The notes: generated by a model not told the origin, from the letters alone. 64,000 nt of DNA from an uncultured Chloroflexia bacterium (GCA_963746845.1 CAVVCZ010000004.1:128001-192000), one strand, 5' to 3'. Positions 9,098-18,700 are shown, counted from the stretch's first letter. Program-made: numbers and translations.

Positions 9098-9694
9098 TCA
9101 GCGCGGCAGCGGGTTGGGGCCGGTCGCCGTGACCAGCCGCTGGGGCACCCAGTCGTCGACGTGGTGGAACCCATCCTCGAACCGGCCACCATCGAGCTCG
9201 ACGGATGCCTGTAGTGAGAGTCGATAGAACTTTACGTGGGTGAAGTCCTCGAACAGGATGTAGACGGGGTCGGGTGTGCTGTTCGGGCCCTGGAACTGCT
9301 GTCCCGTCAGGACGGGCTTGTGGGCTTCGACGAACGGGTCGAACGTGTCGCCGACCACGACACCGAGGTGCTCCAGCCCCATCTTGTAGACGCGCTGGTG
9401 GACGGGCGGGATGAGCTCGATGAGCGGGACGACCTGGCCTTCCAGGACCTCGAGTGGCTTGGCGAGGACGATCAAGGAGATCGGGCGGCCGTTCCAGACG
9501 TTCTCCCAATTCGCGGTCGCGTGGCGCTCGAGGAGCGTCCGGACCTGGACGTAGTGGTCCCACTCGGGCACACGGTATGCGAGGTGGCTGAGCGCGTACG
9601 GGGCGATGTCGATGCCACGCGCCTGCAACCGGTCGCGCTGTTGGGCCGCGAACGATCGGTAGTCGCCGATGATGTCCGCGATCGGGTCGGTCAT
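9098..9694 (-). CDS. YecM-like VOC metalloprotein
   Basis: LSHLAYRV, NVWNGRPISLI, LIELIPP, GLEHLGVV, VKFY. Confidence 0.75.
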   Translation of the reverse strand: MTDPIADIIGDYRSFAAQQRDRLQARGIDIAPYALSHLAYRVPEWDHYVQVRTLLERHATANWENVWNGRPISLIVLAKPLEVLEGQVVPLIELIPPVHQRVYKMGLEHLGVVVGDTFDPFVEAHKPVLTGQQFQGPNSTPDPVYILFEDFTHVKFYRLSLQASVELDGGRFEDGFHHVDDWVPQRLVTATGPNPLPR

Positions 9695-9758
9695 CTCCCG
9701 CCCTCCTCCCGGCATCGTAGACACGCTCCCGGGCCTCGGTTCTCAGGTGGAGAAGTCT

Positions 9759-10199
9759 TCAGCTGAGTTGCTCGGCCAGTCCGACGATGATGCCCTCGGG
9801 GCCGCGGACGTAACAGAGGCGATATTGGTCCTCGTACTCCACCACCTCGCCAACGAGCTCGGCGCCGTGGCGCTGCAGGCGGCCCAGGACGCTCTCGATG
9901 TCGTCGACCGCGAACATGATGCGACGGATGCCCAGCGCGTTCACGGGCGCATCCTCCGGCTCGGCCCTGACCGCCGCCGGTGTGTGGAACTTGTCCAGCT
10001 CGACCCGTCCGTGGCCGTCCGGGGTCCGCATCGAGGCGATGGTGGCTCGGACGCCGTCGAGCCCGATGAGGCGGTCGACCGACTGGCCCTCGACGAGCGT
10101 CTCGCCCTCGAGCTCCAGACCAAGGTGGGCGAAGAACGCCTTGGCAGCTCCGAGGTCGTCGACAACGAGGAGGACGTTGTCCATCCGCAGAACGGTCAT
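9759..10199 (-). CDS. VOC family protein
   Basis: MDNVLLVVDDL..AKAFF, RVELDKF, LCYVRGPEGIIVGLAE. Confidence 0.9.
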   Translation of the reverse strand: MTVLRMDNVLLVVDDLGAAKAFFAHLGLELEGETLVEGQSVDRLIGLDGVRATIASMRTPDGHGRVELDKFHTPAAVRAEPEDAPVNALGIRRIMFAVDDIESVLGRLQRHGAELVGEVVEYEDQYRLCYVRGPEGIIVGLAEQLS

Positions 10200-10242
10200 C
10201 GCCGGACGATCGGTTGGGCCGGCGCCCGTCGCCTGAGGGGAC

Positions 10243-10335
10243 TCAAACGACGTACTGGAGCGGCATCACCACGAAGTCGTCCGGCAGCTTCACGCCGGTC
10301 GAGCGGTTCGGGCAGCAGCCGTTCGGCACCGTCAT
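10243..10335 (-). repeat. Degenerate copy A of the msrA 3' end (direct repeat with the native end)
   Basis: Reverse strand reads ATG ACG GTG CCG AAC GGC TGC TGC CCG AAC CGC TCG ACC GGC GTG AAG CTG CCG GAC GAC TTC GTG GTG ATG CCG CTC CAG TAC GTC GTT TGA; aligns closely with 10969-11045. Confidence 0.92.
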
Positions 10336-10390
10336 CTGCTCAGCGTACCGCCGGCCATGGCGGCAGACTACTCGACGCACGGAGGCGTCG

Positions 10391-10951
10391 ATGGGCAGGC
10401 TCATCTACACACTGAACGTATCGCTCGACGGGTTCATCGAGACCCTGGACCACTCGCTCGACTGGGGGGTCAACGATGACGAGCTCCTCAGCTGGTTCGG
10501 CGACCGGGCGCGCGGCCTGGCCGCCTCCCTCTATGGCCGCAGGTTGTACGAGCTGATGTCGGCGTACTGGCCGACGGCACAGGACGACCCCGCCGCGACC
10601 GAGCCCATGCGCGAGTTCGGGCGCCTCTGGCTGGGCATCCCGAAGATCGTCTTCTCATCGACGCTGACGTCGGTCGACTGGAACAGCCGGCTCGTCCGAG
10701 GCGACGTCGGCGAGGAGCTCGCGCGGCTGCGTACCGAGCTCGACGGTGACTTCGAGGTGGGCGGTCCCACGCTTGCGTCCGCGTTCATCAGGCGGGGCCT
10801 CGTCGACCGGTACGAGCTGGTCGTGCATCCGGTCATCCTCGGGTCCGGGACGCCGTACCTCCCGCCCCTCGACGCGCCGATCCGCCTGCGCCTCACCGAC
10901 ACCCGCACGTTCGCGTCGGGCGTGACGTACCTGGGCTACGCCACCGAGTAG
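10391..10951 (+). CDS. Dihydrofolate reductase family (RibD C-terminal) protein
   Basis: NVSLDGFI, LYGRRLYE, GGPTLA, LVVHPVILGSG; GGAGG RBS. Confidence 0.9.
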   Translation: MGRLIYTLNVSLDGFIETLDHSLDWGVNDDELLSWFGDRARGLAASLYGRRLYELMSAYWPTAQDDPAATEPMREFGRLWLGIPKIVFSSTLTSVDWNSRLVRGDVGEELARLRTELDGDFEVGGPTLASAFIRRGLVDRYELVVHPVILGSGTPYLPPLDAPIRLRLTDTRTFASGVTYLGYATE

Positions 10952-10968
10952 TCGCGTCCCCCGCGACC

Positions 10969-11646
10969 TCAGTCCACGTACTGGAGCGGCGTCACACGAA
11001 GTCGCCGGAAGCTTCACGCCGGTCGCGTGGTTCGGGCAGTAGCCGCTTCGCGGCGCTTCTTGTCGAGGTACTGCTGGTGGTAGTCCTCGGCGAAGTAGAA
11101 CGGCGGCGCCGGTGGGCCGGTGATCTCGGTCGCGATCGTGCCATAGCCGGCGGCCGAGAGCTGCTCCTGGTACATGTCCCGACTCGCCTCGGCCAGGCGA
11201 CGCTGCTCGTCGTCGTGGACGAAGATCGCCGACCGATACTCGGTGCCGCGGTCATTGCCCTGACGCATTTGCTGGGTCGGGTCGTGGCTCTCCCAGAAGA
11301 CCTTCAGGAGTGCCTCGTAGCTCGTCTTTGCGGGGTCGAACACGACCCGCACCGTCTCGGCGTGGCCCGTCCGTCCCGTGCAGGACTCCTCGTAGGTCGG
11401 GTTCGGCGTGAAGCCGCCCTGGTAGCCGACGGCGGTCGTCCAGACGCCGGGCTGCTCCCAGAACGTCTTCTCCTCGCCCCAGAAGCAGCCGAGGGCGAAT
11501 TCGGCGATCTGGAAGCCGTCGGGATACGGCCCCGCGATCGGCGTCCCGAGGACGGTGTGGTTCCGCGGCTGCAGGATCGGGGTCGAGCGGCCGGGGAGCG
11601 CCTCCGAGGCGGTGGGCATGGACGGAGAGCGGAAGAGGAACTGCAT
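10969..11646 (-). CDS. msrA: Peptide-methionine (S)-S-oxide reductase (3' end has indels)
   Basis: [45 protein letters not shown]; true tail [23 protein letters not shown] lies in shifted frames ending at 10969. Confidence 0.93.
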
Positions 11647-11716
11647 GCGCTGATCCTACGCGCGACCCCCCTCGGGGCGATGACGGTGAGGTGACGAATC
11701 GGGGGCGGCGTGACGC

Positions 11717-12964
11717 CTACGCCTCGTCGAACTCGTCGAGCTCGGCCGCCGGCAGGCTGAACCCCACCTCGGCCCCGCCGTCCTCGCGCGGCACCATCCA
11801 GGTCCGCCCGCCCATCGCCTCGATGAGCTGACGGCAGACGAACAGCCCGATCCCGGCCCCGCTCGCGACGCGGCTCGCATCGCGCGTCCGGAAGAACAGC
11901 TCGAACGCCCGCGACGCGGTCTCTGCGTCCAGCCCGATCCCGCGATCGAGCACCCGGACGATCACCTCCGCGTCCGCCCGGACCAGCTCGATCTCGATCG
12001 GCGTCGCCCGCGGGCTGTACTTCGCCGCGTTCGACAGCAGGTTGCGCACGACCTGCTCTACGTACGTCGGCTCGGCCGCCACGAGCTGCAGCTCCGGGGG
12101 TGCGCGGAACACGTATTCGTGATCGGGGTGGCGATCGCTCTCGGTCGCGACGATGTGCCGGACGAGCCGGGCGAGGTTGATCGGCTCGGCCTCGATCTGG
12201 ACCCGCCCGCCCTCGACCCGTGACAGCACGAGCAGGTCCTCGATCAACCTGGTGAGCCGGTCGGCCTCCTCCTCGATGTCGACGATCGCCTGGTCGCGCG
12301 TCTCGGCATCGAGGGCCGCGCCGCGCCGTCGGAGGATCCGCGCCAGACCGAAGATCGTCGTGACCGGGGTCCGCAGCTCGTGGCTGATGACCCCGATGAA
12401 CGCGTCGCGCAGGGCAGCCGCACGTTGCTCCTCGTCGTGGTGGCCGGCGACCTCGACCGCACCCGCGAGCACGCTGACGACCGCGGTCAGGAGCGCCTCG
12501 TCATCGGGCCCGAAGGCATCGACCTCGGTGGAGTCGACCTCGACGAGGCCGATCCCGACGCCGTTGCGGACGATCGGCACGGCGAGCCACGAGTGGACGG
12601 CGGCGCCGGCGGCCGGACCGGCGATCCGGTCGCCGTCCCGGAGGAGGTCGCCGGTCCGATACGGCGCGAGGGTCTCGACGACGCCCCAGCTCCGGCCCTT
12701 CGGGCGGCGGAGCCGCTGACCCATCGCCTCGGCGGCGAACGGCCCGATCGCGGCGCGGATCACGAGGTCCTGTCCGTCGACGAGCGCGATCGAGCCACCG
12801 GTCAGTCGGATCGCGCCGCGCAGGCGGTCGAGCGCCTCGTGGAGGATCTGATCGAGGTCCAGCTCCCCCGAGGCGGCGGCGGCGATCTCGATGATCAGCC
12901 GGGACGACGCGTCGGACCCGATGGCGGGGTCGAGCACGTCGACGGGCAGGGCATCAACGTTCAC
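11717..12964 (-). CDS. GAF-domain sensor histidine kinase
   Basis: GAF region; ISHELRTP H-box; NLLSNAAKYS; DRGIG; GAGIGL. Confidence 0.92.
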   Translation of the reverse strand: MNVDALPVDVLDPAIGSDASSRLIIEIAAAASGELDLDQILHEALDRLRGAIRLTGGSIALVDGQDLVIRAAIGPFAAEAMGQRLRRPKGRSWGVVETLAPYRTGDLLRDGDRIAGPAAGAAVHSWLAVPIVRNGVGIGLVEVDSTEVDAFGPDDEALLTAVVSVLAGAVEVAGHHDEEQRAAALRDAFIGVISHELRTPVTTIFGLARILRRRGAALDAETRDQAIVDIEEEADRLTRLIEDLLVLSRVEGGRVQIEAEPINLARLVRHIVATESDRHPDHEYVFRAPPELQLVAAEPTYVEQVVRNLLSNAAKYSPRATPIEIELVRADAEVIVRVLDRGIGLDAETASRAFELFFRTRDASRVASGAGIGLFVCRQLIEAMGGRTWMVPREDGGAEVGFSLPAAELDEFDEA

Positions 12965-13015
12965 CGGGCCATCGTACCTGCGCCCCCCGCGCCGGGCGTC
13001 TGCCCGATCAGCGAC

Positions 13016-14371
13016 TCACAGCCGGAGGAGGAACTTCGCGATCTCGAAGTAGATGATCAGGCCGGTCCCGTCGACGAGCGTCGTGATCAGCGGCGCGGAC
13101 ACGACCGCGGGGTCGATCCCGAGCCGGCGCAACGTCAGCGGCAGCACGGCGGCAACCGTGGCCGACCAGCAGCAGATCGCGAGGATCGTGACCGACACGA
13201 CGAGCCCGATGTCGACCCCGACCCCGAGCAGCTGGGCCCGGCCGAACGCGACGACGGCCATGATCCCGCCGAGGATCAGCCCGACCCGGAGCTCCTTCCA
13301 GATGATCCACGTGATGTCCCTGAGGGTGACCTCGTTGAGGGCCATCGCCCGGACGATCAGCGTGACCGTCTGGCTGCCGATGTTGCCGCCGGTCCCGATC
13401 AGGAGCGGGATGAAGAAGCTCAGCGCGACGGCGGCCTCCAGCTCGTTCGAGAACGACCGGAGGACCGTCCCGGTGTAGGCCTCCGCGACGAACAGGAGCA
13501 GCAGCCAGCCGACCCGCTTCCGGACGAGGAGCGACACGCTCGAGAGGCGATACGGCACGTTCAACGGCTGCGACCCGCCGAGCCGCTCGATGTCCTCCGT
13601 CGCCTCAGCTTCGAGGACGTCGGCGACGTCGTCCTGGGTGATGATCCCGAGCAGGTGGTCCTCGTCGTCGACCACGGGGATCGCGAGGAGGTTGCGCTCG
13701 GTCAGGAGGTTCGCCGCGGTCTCCCGATCCGCCGACGCGCGGACGCGGACCGTCGTGGGTGCGATCAGATCGGTGACCGGCGTCGCACCCGGGCTCAGCA
13801 TCAGCCGATAGAGGGAGAGCACCCCGATGAGGTGCCGCTCGGCGTCGACGACGTAGACGTAGTCGGCGGTCTCGGCCTGTCCTGCCAGGCTCCGGATCGC
13901 GCCGATCGCCCCGTCCGCCGTTGCGTCTGCCGCGACCGCGACGAACTCCGGGGTCATGATCCCGCCGGCGCTCTCGGGCTCGAAGTCCGACAGGCGCCGG
14001 ATCTCGGCCGCCTCCTCGGGATCCATCCGGACGAGGATCTGCGCGGCCTCGGGCTCGCTGAGGGTCTCGACGACGTCGGCGGCATCGTCCGGGTCCATCT
14101 CGGCGAGGAGCTGGGCCGCCTCCTGCCGGGACAGCGTCCGGAGGATCGCGGCCGCGTCGTGCGGATCGAGCTCCTCGAGGACCTCGGGGATCTCCTCGTC
14201 CGGGAGCCATTGGAGCAGGACGGCGACCTCGGGCGGGTCGAGACGGGGGACGAGCGCGGCCCATTCGGCCGGCCCGACACGTTCGGCGAGACCGGCGACG
14301 CCCTCGCGCTCGCGCTCTCGGATCAGCTCCTGGATCTCCTCCAGGAGGGCATCGGTGGCCGCGGTCGACAT
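13016..14371 (-). CDS. mgtE: Magnesium transporter MgtE
   Basis: MgtE N domain (MDPDDAAD), CBS pair (SAGGIMT), GGNIGSQ, DPAVVSAPLITTLVD. Confidence 0.95.
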   Translation of the reverse strand: MSTAATDALLEEIQELIREREREGVAGLAERVGPAEWAALVPRLDPPEVAVLLQWLPDEEIPEVLEELDPHDAAAILRTLSRQEAAQLLAEMDPDDAADVVETLSEPEAAQILVRMDPEEAAEIRRLSDFEPESAGGIMTPEFVAVAADATADGAIGAIRSLAGQAETADYVYVVDAERHLIGVLSLYRLMLSPGATPVTDLIAPTTVRVRASADRETAANLLTERNLLAIPVVDDEDHLLGIITQDDVADVLEAEATEDIERLGGSQPLNVPYRLSSVSLLVRKRVGWLLLLFVAEAYTGTVLRSFSNELEAAVALSFFIPLLIGTGGNIGSQTVTLIVRAMALNEVTLRDITWIIWKELRVGLILGGIMAVVAFGRAQLLGVGVDIGLVVSVTILAICCWSATVAAVLPLTLRRLGIDPAVVSAPLITTLVDGTGLIIYFEIAKFLLRL

Positions 14372-14779
14372 CGGAGGACCCTCGATGAGGGGTGGGGCCC
14401 GCGGGGCGGGCATGGGTGCGCGGGGGATCGGTTGGCGGACGGCAAATGGCGCTCGACGAGACGGGCCGAGCGTGCCGGGGCATCGTAGCGCTGGACGGGG
14501 CCGCCCGGCGCCGAGGGGCGCCCCACACCTGACGGGCCGGGGGCATCCCATCGGGACTACACCGGACCCTCACGAACGTACCACGCCCCCTGGCCCCCCC
14601 GGTCCCGATCTGCCTATTGATCGCGGCGGCTAGGATTGGGATCGTCGAGATCTCCGCAAGCACGCTCACGCCGGAGATCGCCGATCGTGTCCGACCGCTC
14701 GTCCGTCACCCGCTTCCGTCCGCCCGTCGACCGCGGCGCGCGCCGGATCCCCGGGTCCGTGGAGCGGGGGAGGCCAGCG

Positions 14780-16489
14780 ATGTCCCGTCTCGCCGCCTCG
14801 ATCGTCGCTCTCCTCGTGATCGCGACGATCGCCCCCGCCGCCGCCTCCGCCGCGCCGGCTCCGGCTGTCTGGAGCTCGGCGCCGGCCACGTCGGCGGCCA
14901 CGGCCGCAGTGGTCGAGGGGATCGATGTCAGCCACTGGCAGGGGACGATCGCCTGGTCGAGCGTGGCCGCCGCCGGCAAGAAGTTCGCGATCATCAAGGC
15001 CAGCGAGGACATGGACTTCGTCGACGACCACTACCTGACGAACCGGAGTGCTGCCCAGGCCGTCGGGATCTGGACCGGGGCCTACCACTTCGCCCGCCCG
15101 AGCGCGACGCCGAACGACGCCATCAACGAGGCGGACCACTTCGTCAGCACCGTCCGCCTCGGCGTGCACGACCTGATCCCGGCCCTCGATCTCGAGGACG
15201 CCGGCGGCCTGGGCGTCAGCGCGCTCCAGACGTGGGTCACGACCTGGCTCAACCGGGTCACGACCCGGATCGGGATCCGGCCGATGATCTATACGAGCCC
15301 GGCGTTCTGGGCCAAGTACATGGGCGACACCAGCGCTCTGTCCGATGCCGGCTACCGCGTCTGGATCGCCCACTGGGGCGTCTCCGCCCCGACCGTGGCC
15401 GGGAACAGCTGGGGTGGTCGCGGCTGGACGTTCTGGCAGTACACGAACAGCGGCTCCGTTCCGGGGATCACGGGTCGGGTCGACCTCGACCGGTACAACG
15501 GCACGGACCTGATGGCCGCGGCGTACTCCGTCTTCAGCGTGGTGACGAAGGCCACCGGCCAGGTGAAGCAGGGCCAGACCGCCGCCACGGCCGCGGTCTG
15601 GATCGCCCGGACGAACTTCCTGACTCCGGTTGCGCTGGACGTCAGCGGGCTGCCGCCGGGGGCCGTGGCGACGTTCATCGACAACCCGACGACCGTGTCG
15701 GCCGTGACGATGCAGGTGACGACGACGACCGATACGCCGACGGGGACCTACCCGCTGACCGTCATCGGGAGCGGGCAGGGACTCACGAAGACCGCGCCGG
15801 TCAGCCTCGTCGTCATCGACGGCATCCCGCCGTCGGTCGTCGCGCCCACGATGTGGCTGGAGCCCGGGACGACGCTCGGCTCGACGACGATGCCCGTCTT
15901 TGTGTCGTGGTCGGCGACCGATCCGAGCGGGATCTCGTCGTACGGCGTCCAGCGGAGCTCCAACGGTGGAGCCTGGACCACCGTCGCCCTGGCCAGGCCG
16001 ACCTCGACGAGCGGCTTCCAGTCCCTGCAGAGTGGGGTCGCCCACGTCGAGCGGGCGCGGGCGACCGACCGCCTCGCGAACCTCAGCGGGTGGGCGACCG
16101 GCCGGTCGGTGACCACGCTCCTGACCCAGCAGGTGGCGGGATCGATCAGCTATCACGGGACGTGGACGAACGTGTCCACCAGCGCAGCGTCGGGCGGCAG
16201 CCTCCGGTACGGGCGGTTCGCGGGGGCCTCGGCCACGTACACGTTCACCGGATCGAGCGTCGGCTGGGTGGCCGCACGCGGGCCCGATCGCGGATCGGCC
16301 AAGGTGTACCTGGACGGCGTCTATGCCGGGACCGTCAACCTGCACTCCGGCTCGACCGCCTACCGGTCGATCGTCTTCGCCCGCAACTTCGGGGTCGTCG
16401 GGAGCCACACGCTGCGGATCGTCGTCGACGGGACGTCCGGTCACCCGCGAGTCGACGTCGATGCGTTCGTCCGGCTCGCGATCGGCTAG
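14780..16489 (+). CDS. Secreted GH25 lysozyme/muramidase with C-terminal beta domains
   Basis: Signal peptide; GIDVSHWQG, KASE, GAYHF, LDLE, WTFWQYT, VDLD. Confidence 0.9.
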   Translation: MSRLAASIVALLVIATIAPAAASAAPAPAVWSSAPATSAATAAVVEGIDVSHWQGTIAWSSVAAAGKKFAIIKASEDMDFVDDHYLTNRSAAQAVGIWTGAYHFARPSATPNDAINEADHFVSTVRLGVHDLIPALDLEDAGGLGVSALQTWVTTWLNRVTTRIGIRPMIYTSPAFWAKYMGDTSALSDAGYRVWIAHWGVSAPTVAGNSWGGRGWTFWQYTNSGSVPGITGRVDLDRYNGTDLMAAAYSVFSVVTKATGQVKQGQTAATAAVWIARTNFLTPVALDVSGLPPGAVATFIDNPTTVSAVTMQVTTTTDTPTGTYPLTVIGSGQGLTKTAPVSLVVIDGIPPSVVAPTMWLEPGTTLGSTTMPVFVSWSATDPSGISSYGVQRSSNGGAWTTVALARPTSTSGFQSLQSGVAHVERARATDRLANLSGWATGRSVTTLLTQQVAGSISYHGTWTNVSTSAASGGSLRYGRFAGASATYTFTGSSVGWVAARGPDRGSAKVYLDGVYAGTVNLHSGSTAYRSIVFARNFGVVGSHTLRIVVDGTSGHPRVDVDAFVRLAIG

Positions 16490-16600
16490 GCCGGCTCGCG
16501 CTGCTCGCCGGCTCGGCCGGGTCGTCCGGCTCGCGGGCCCGCCGGCGGCCTATGATGATCGCGCGGTCGGCCCGTGTCGCTGTGCCGGCCGCGGAGCGTG

Positions 16601-17278
16601 ATGACCGAGACTCCCGGCCCGACCGAACGTCCCCTGCGCGTGATGGTCGTCGACGATCACGAGATCGTCCGACAGGGGCTCGTCGCGCTTCTCGATCGCC
16701 GGTCGCGGTTCGAGGTGGTGGCCGAGGCCGGAACCGTCGCCGAGGCGGTCGAGCAGGCGCATCGGTTCGAGCCCGACATCATCGTCATGGACGTCCGCCT
16801 GCCAGACGGCTCCGGGGTGGAGGCGTGCCGCGACATCCGGGCGGACCTGCCCGCGACGCGCGTCGTGATGCTCACGTCGTTCCCGGACGACGAGGCCGTC
16901 CTGTCGGCGATCGTGGCCGGCGCGTCCGGTTACCTGCTCAAGCAGATCCGGGCCCGAGACCTCGTCGCGGCGCTCGAGGCGGTCGGGCGGGGCGAATCGC
17001 TGCTCGATCCCGCGGTCACGGAGAAGGTCCTCGAGCGCGTCCGCCGCCTGAGCGCGGGCGGCGCGACGGACGAGCTGTCCGAGCTGACCACGCAGGAGCG
17101 GAAGATCCTGATGCTCGTCGCCGAGGGCAAGACGAACAAGGAGATCGCCTCGGAGATCTTCCTGTCGGACAAGACGGTGAAGAACTACGTCAGCTCGATC
17201 CTCTCGAAGCTGAACCTCGAGCGCCGGGCCCAGGCCGCCGCGTTCGTCGCCAGCCACCGCATCGACCGCGGCGCCTGA
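16601..17278 (+). CDS. NarL/LuxR family response regulator
   Basis: VVDDHEIVRQG, MDVRLP, LTTQERKIL..GKTNKEIA..LSDKTVKNY. Confidence 0.95.
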   Translation: MTETPGPTERPLRVMVVDDHEIVRQGLVALLDRRSRFEVVAEAGTVAEAVEQAHRFEPDIIVMDVRLPDGSGVEACRDIRADLPATRVVMLTSFPDDEAVLSAIVAGASGYLLKQIRARDLVAALEAVGRGESLLDPAVTEKVLERVRRLSAGGATDELSELTTQERKILMLVAEGKTNKEIASEIFLSDKTVKNYVSSILSKLNLERRAQAAAFVASHRIDRGA

Positions 17279-17285
17279 CCGTTCG

Positions 17286-17966
17286 TTGAGCGGCGGGGAT
17301 CCGGGGCAGGTCCGGCGGGTCCCACTCTCCCATCGCCGATCGGTGATCGCCCGCCACACGCGGCTGACGCCGGTCCCAGGGCTCCCGGGCATCCGGCTCC
17401 ACCTCGCCGCGGACGCGGCCCCGGTCTGGCAGGCGACCGAGGCCGAGCTCGGGGTCACGAGCGCGCCCATCCCGTTCTGGGCGTTCGCGTGGGCGGGCGG
17501 GATCGCCCTCGCCCGGTACCTGGGTGATCATCCCGAGGAGGTCCGCGGACGGCGCGTGCTCGACTTTGCGACCGGGAGCGGGCTCGTCGCGATCGCGGCG
17601 ATGCAGGCCGGAGCGGCCGAGGTGACGGCAGCCGACATCGATCCGTTCGCCGAGGCCGCCGTCGCGCTCAACGCACGGGCGAACCACGTCCGGTTCGGGT
17701 TCATCGCGCGCGACCTGCTCGACGAGCCGCCCCCGGATGTGGACGTGCTTCTCGCTGCCGACACCTGGTACGAGGGCCCGTTGGCGGAACGCGTGCTGCC
17801 GTGGCTCCGGGCCGCGGCGGGGCAGGGGATGCGGGTCCTGGTCGGCGATCCCGGCCGGCGCTACCTGCCGGCGAGCGGTCTCGAGCCGATCGCGTCGTAC
17901 GAGGTGGAGACGACGACACAGCTCGAGGACCGGGCGGTCGTCCGGTCGGGGGTCTTCACGATCTGA
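17286..17966 (+). CDS. Class I SAM methyltransferase (nicotinamide N-methylase/PrmA-like)
   Basis: PFWAFAWAGG.ALARY, VLDFATGSGL, GDPGRRY. Confidence 0.85.
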   Translation: MSGGDPGQVRRVPLSHRRSVIARHTRLTPVPGLPGIRLHLAADAAPVWQATEAELGVTSAPIPFWAFAWAGGIALARYLGDHPEEVRGRRVLDFATGSGLVAIAAMQAGAAEVTAADIDPFAEAAVALNARANHVRFGFIARDLLDEPPPDVDVLLAADTWYEGPLAERVLPWLRAAAGQGMRVLVGDPGRRYLPASGLEPIASYEVETTTQLEDRAVVRSGVFTI

Positions 17967-17971
17967 GGGGA

Positions 17972-18559
17972 TCAGACGGTGGCTTCGGCCGGGCTGTCCG
18001 CGCTCGCTGCAGCCGCCGCATCGGCCGCGGCACTCGCGACGGCCTTGTGCGCCGCCTCGAAGCTCGCGACGGCCTCGTCGAGCTCCCGTGCCGCCTCCTC
18101 GGAGACCTCGGACGAGATCCCGAACCCCCCGAAGATCGCCACGCCCTCGATCTCGAGCCACGGCGCCCCGGCCGGTCGATCGCGACGCTTCCGCCCATCG
18201 CCGATCCCGCCGAGCCCGCGGACATGGGTGACCACCTCCCAGTCGTCGGGCACCACGATCTGACAGCCACCGAACACGGCTCGCACCCGGAGCACCGCCC
18301 CGGATGGGTCGAGAGTCGCTCCTCGGAGGTCGACGATGCCCCCGCCGTACCACGTGTCGAGCGTGCCGCCGCGGAACGCCGACGAGCGCGAGCGGAAGCT
18401 CAACGGCTCGAAGAACGCCGCGAGGTGGACCTCGTCGAGCTCCGGGTCATCCGCGCGCAGGACCCGCTTCCGGGCGAACGCGGCGGCCACGCCGCTGACG
18501 ATCGACGTGGCGACGAACGCGGCCGTCAGGACCGCGACGACGCGCCAGATCACTCTCAT
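17972..18559 (-). CDS. LiaF-like cell-wall-stress response domain protein
   Basis: FRGG...GGGIVDLR.A...AVFGG.QIVVPDDW..GGI. Confidence 0.65.
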   Translation of the reverse strand: MRVIWRVVAVLTAAFVATSIVSGVAAAFARKRVLRADDPELDEVHLAAFFEPLSFRSRSSAFRGGTLDTWYGGGIVDLRGATLDPSGAVLRVRAVFGGCQIVVPDDWEVVTHVRGLGGIGDGRKRRDRPAGAPWLEIEGVAIFGGFGISSEVSEEAARELDEAVASFEAAHKAVASAAADAAAAASADSPAEATV

Positions 18560-18663
18560 CTCACGACTCCTCGTGCCGGGATCTCGCCGGGTGCCAACTC
18601 CACCATCCCACGTCGGCGAGCGCTCCGCAGGGGCGGATGCAGGTCTCTCGCGTCCGGGCGGGC

Positions 18664-18700
18664 AAGAAGAAACCGGCCGCCGGAGCCCCGGCGGCCGGTT
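18664..18700 (-). terminator. Intrinsic terminator
   Basis: AACCGGCCGCCG-loop-CGGCGGCCGGTT followed by TCTTCTT on the minus strand. Confidence 0.7.

Noticed and set aside
12380-14488. Long antisense ORFs (also 14617-17289, 45678-48350, 56399-60253 and others)
   Set aside because: Shadow or off-frame ORFs over well-supported genes, with Arg/Gly/Pro-rich composition typical of high-GC stop-codon scarcity.
14372-14640. M-box (ykoK) riboswitch upstream of mgtE
   Set aside because: Conserved M-box sequence blocks were not recognisable.
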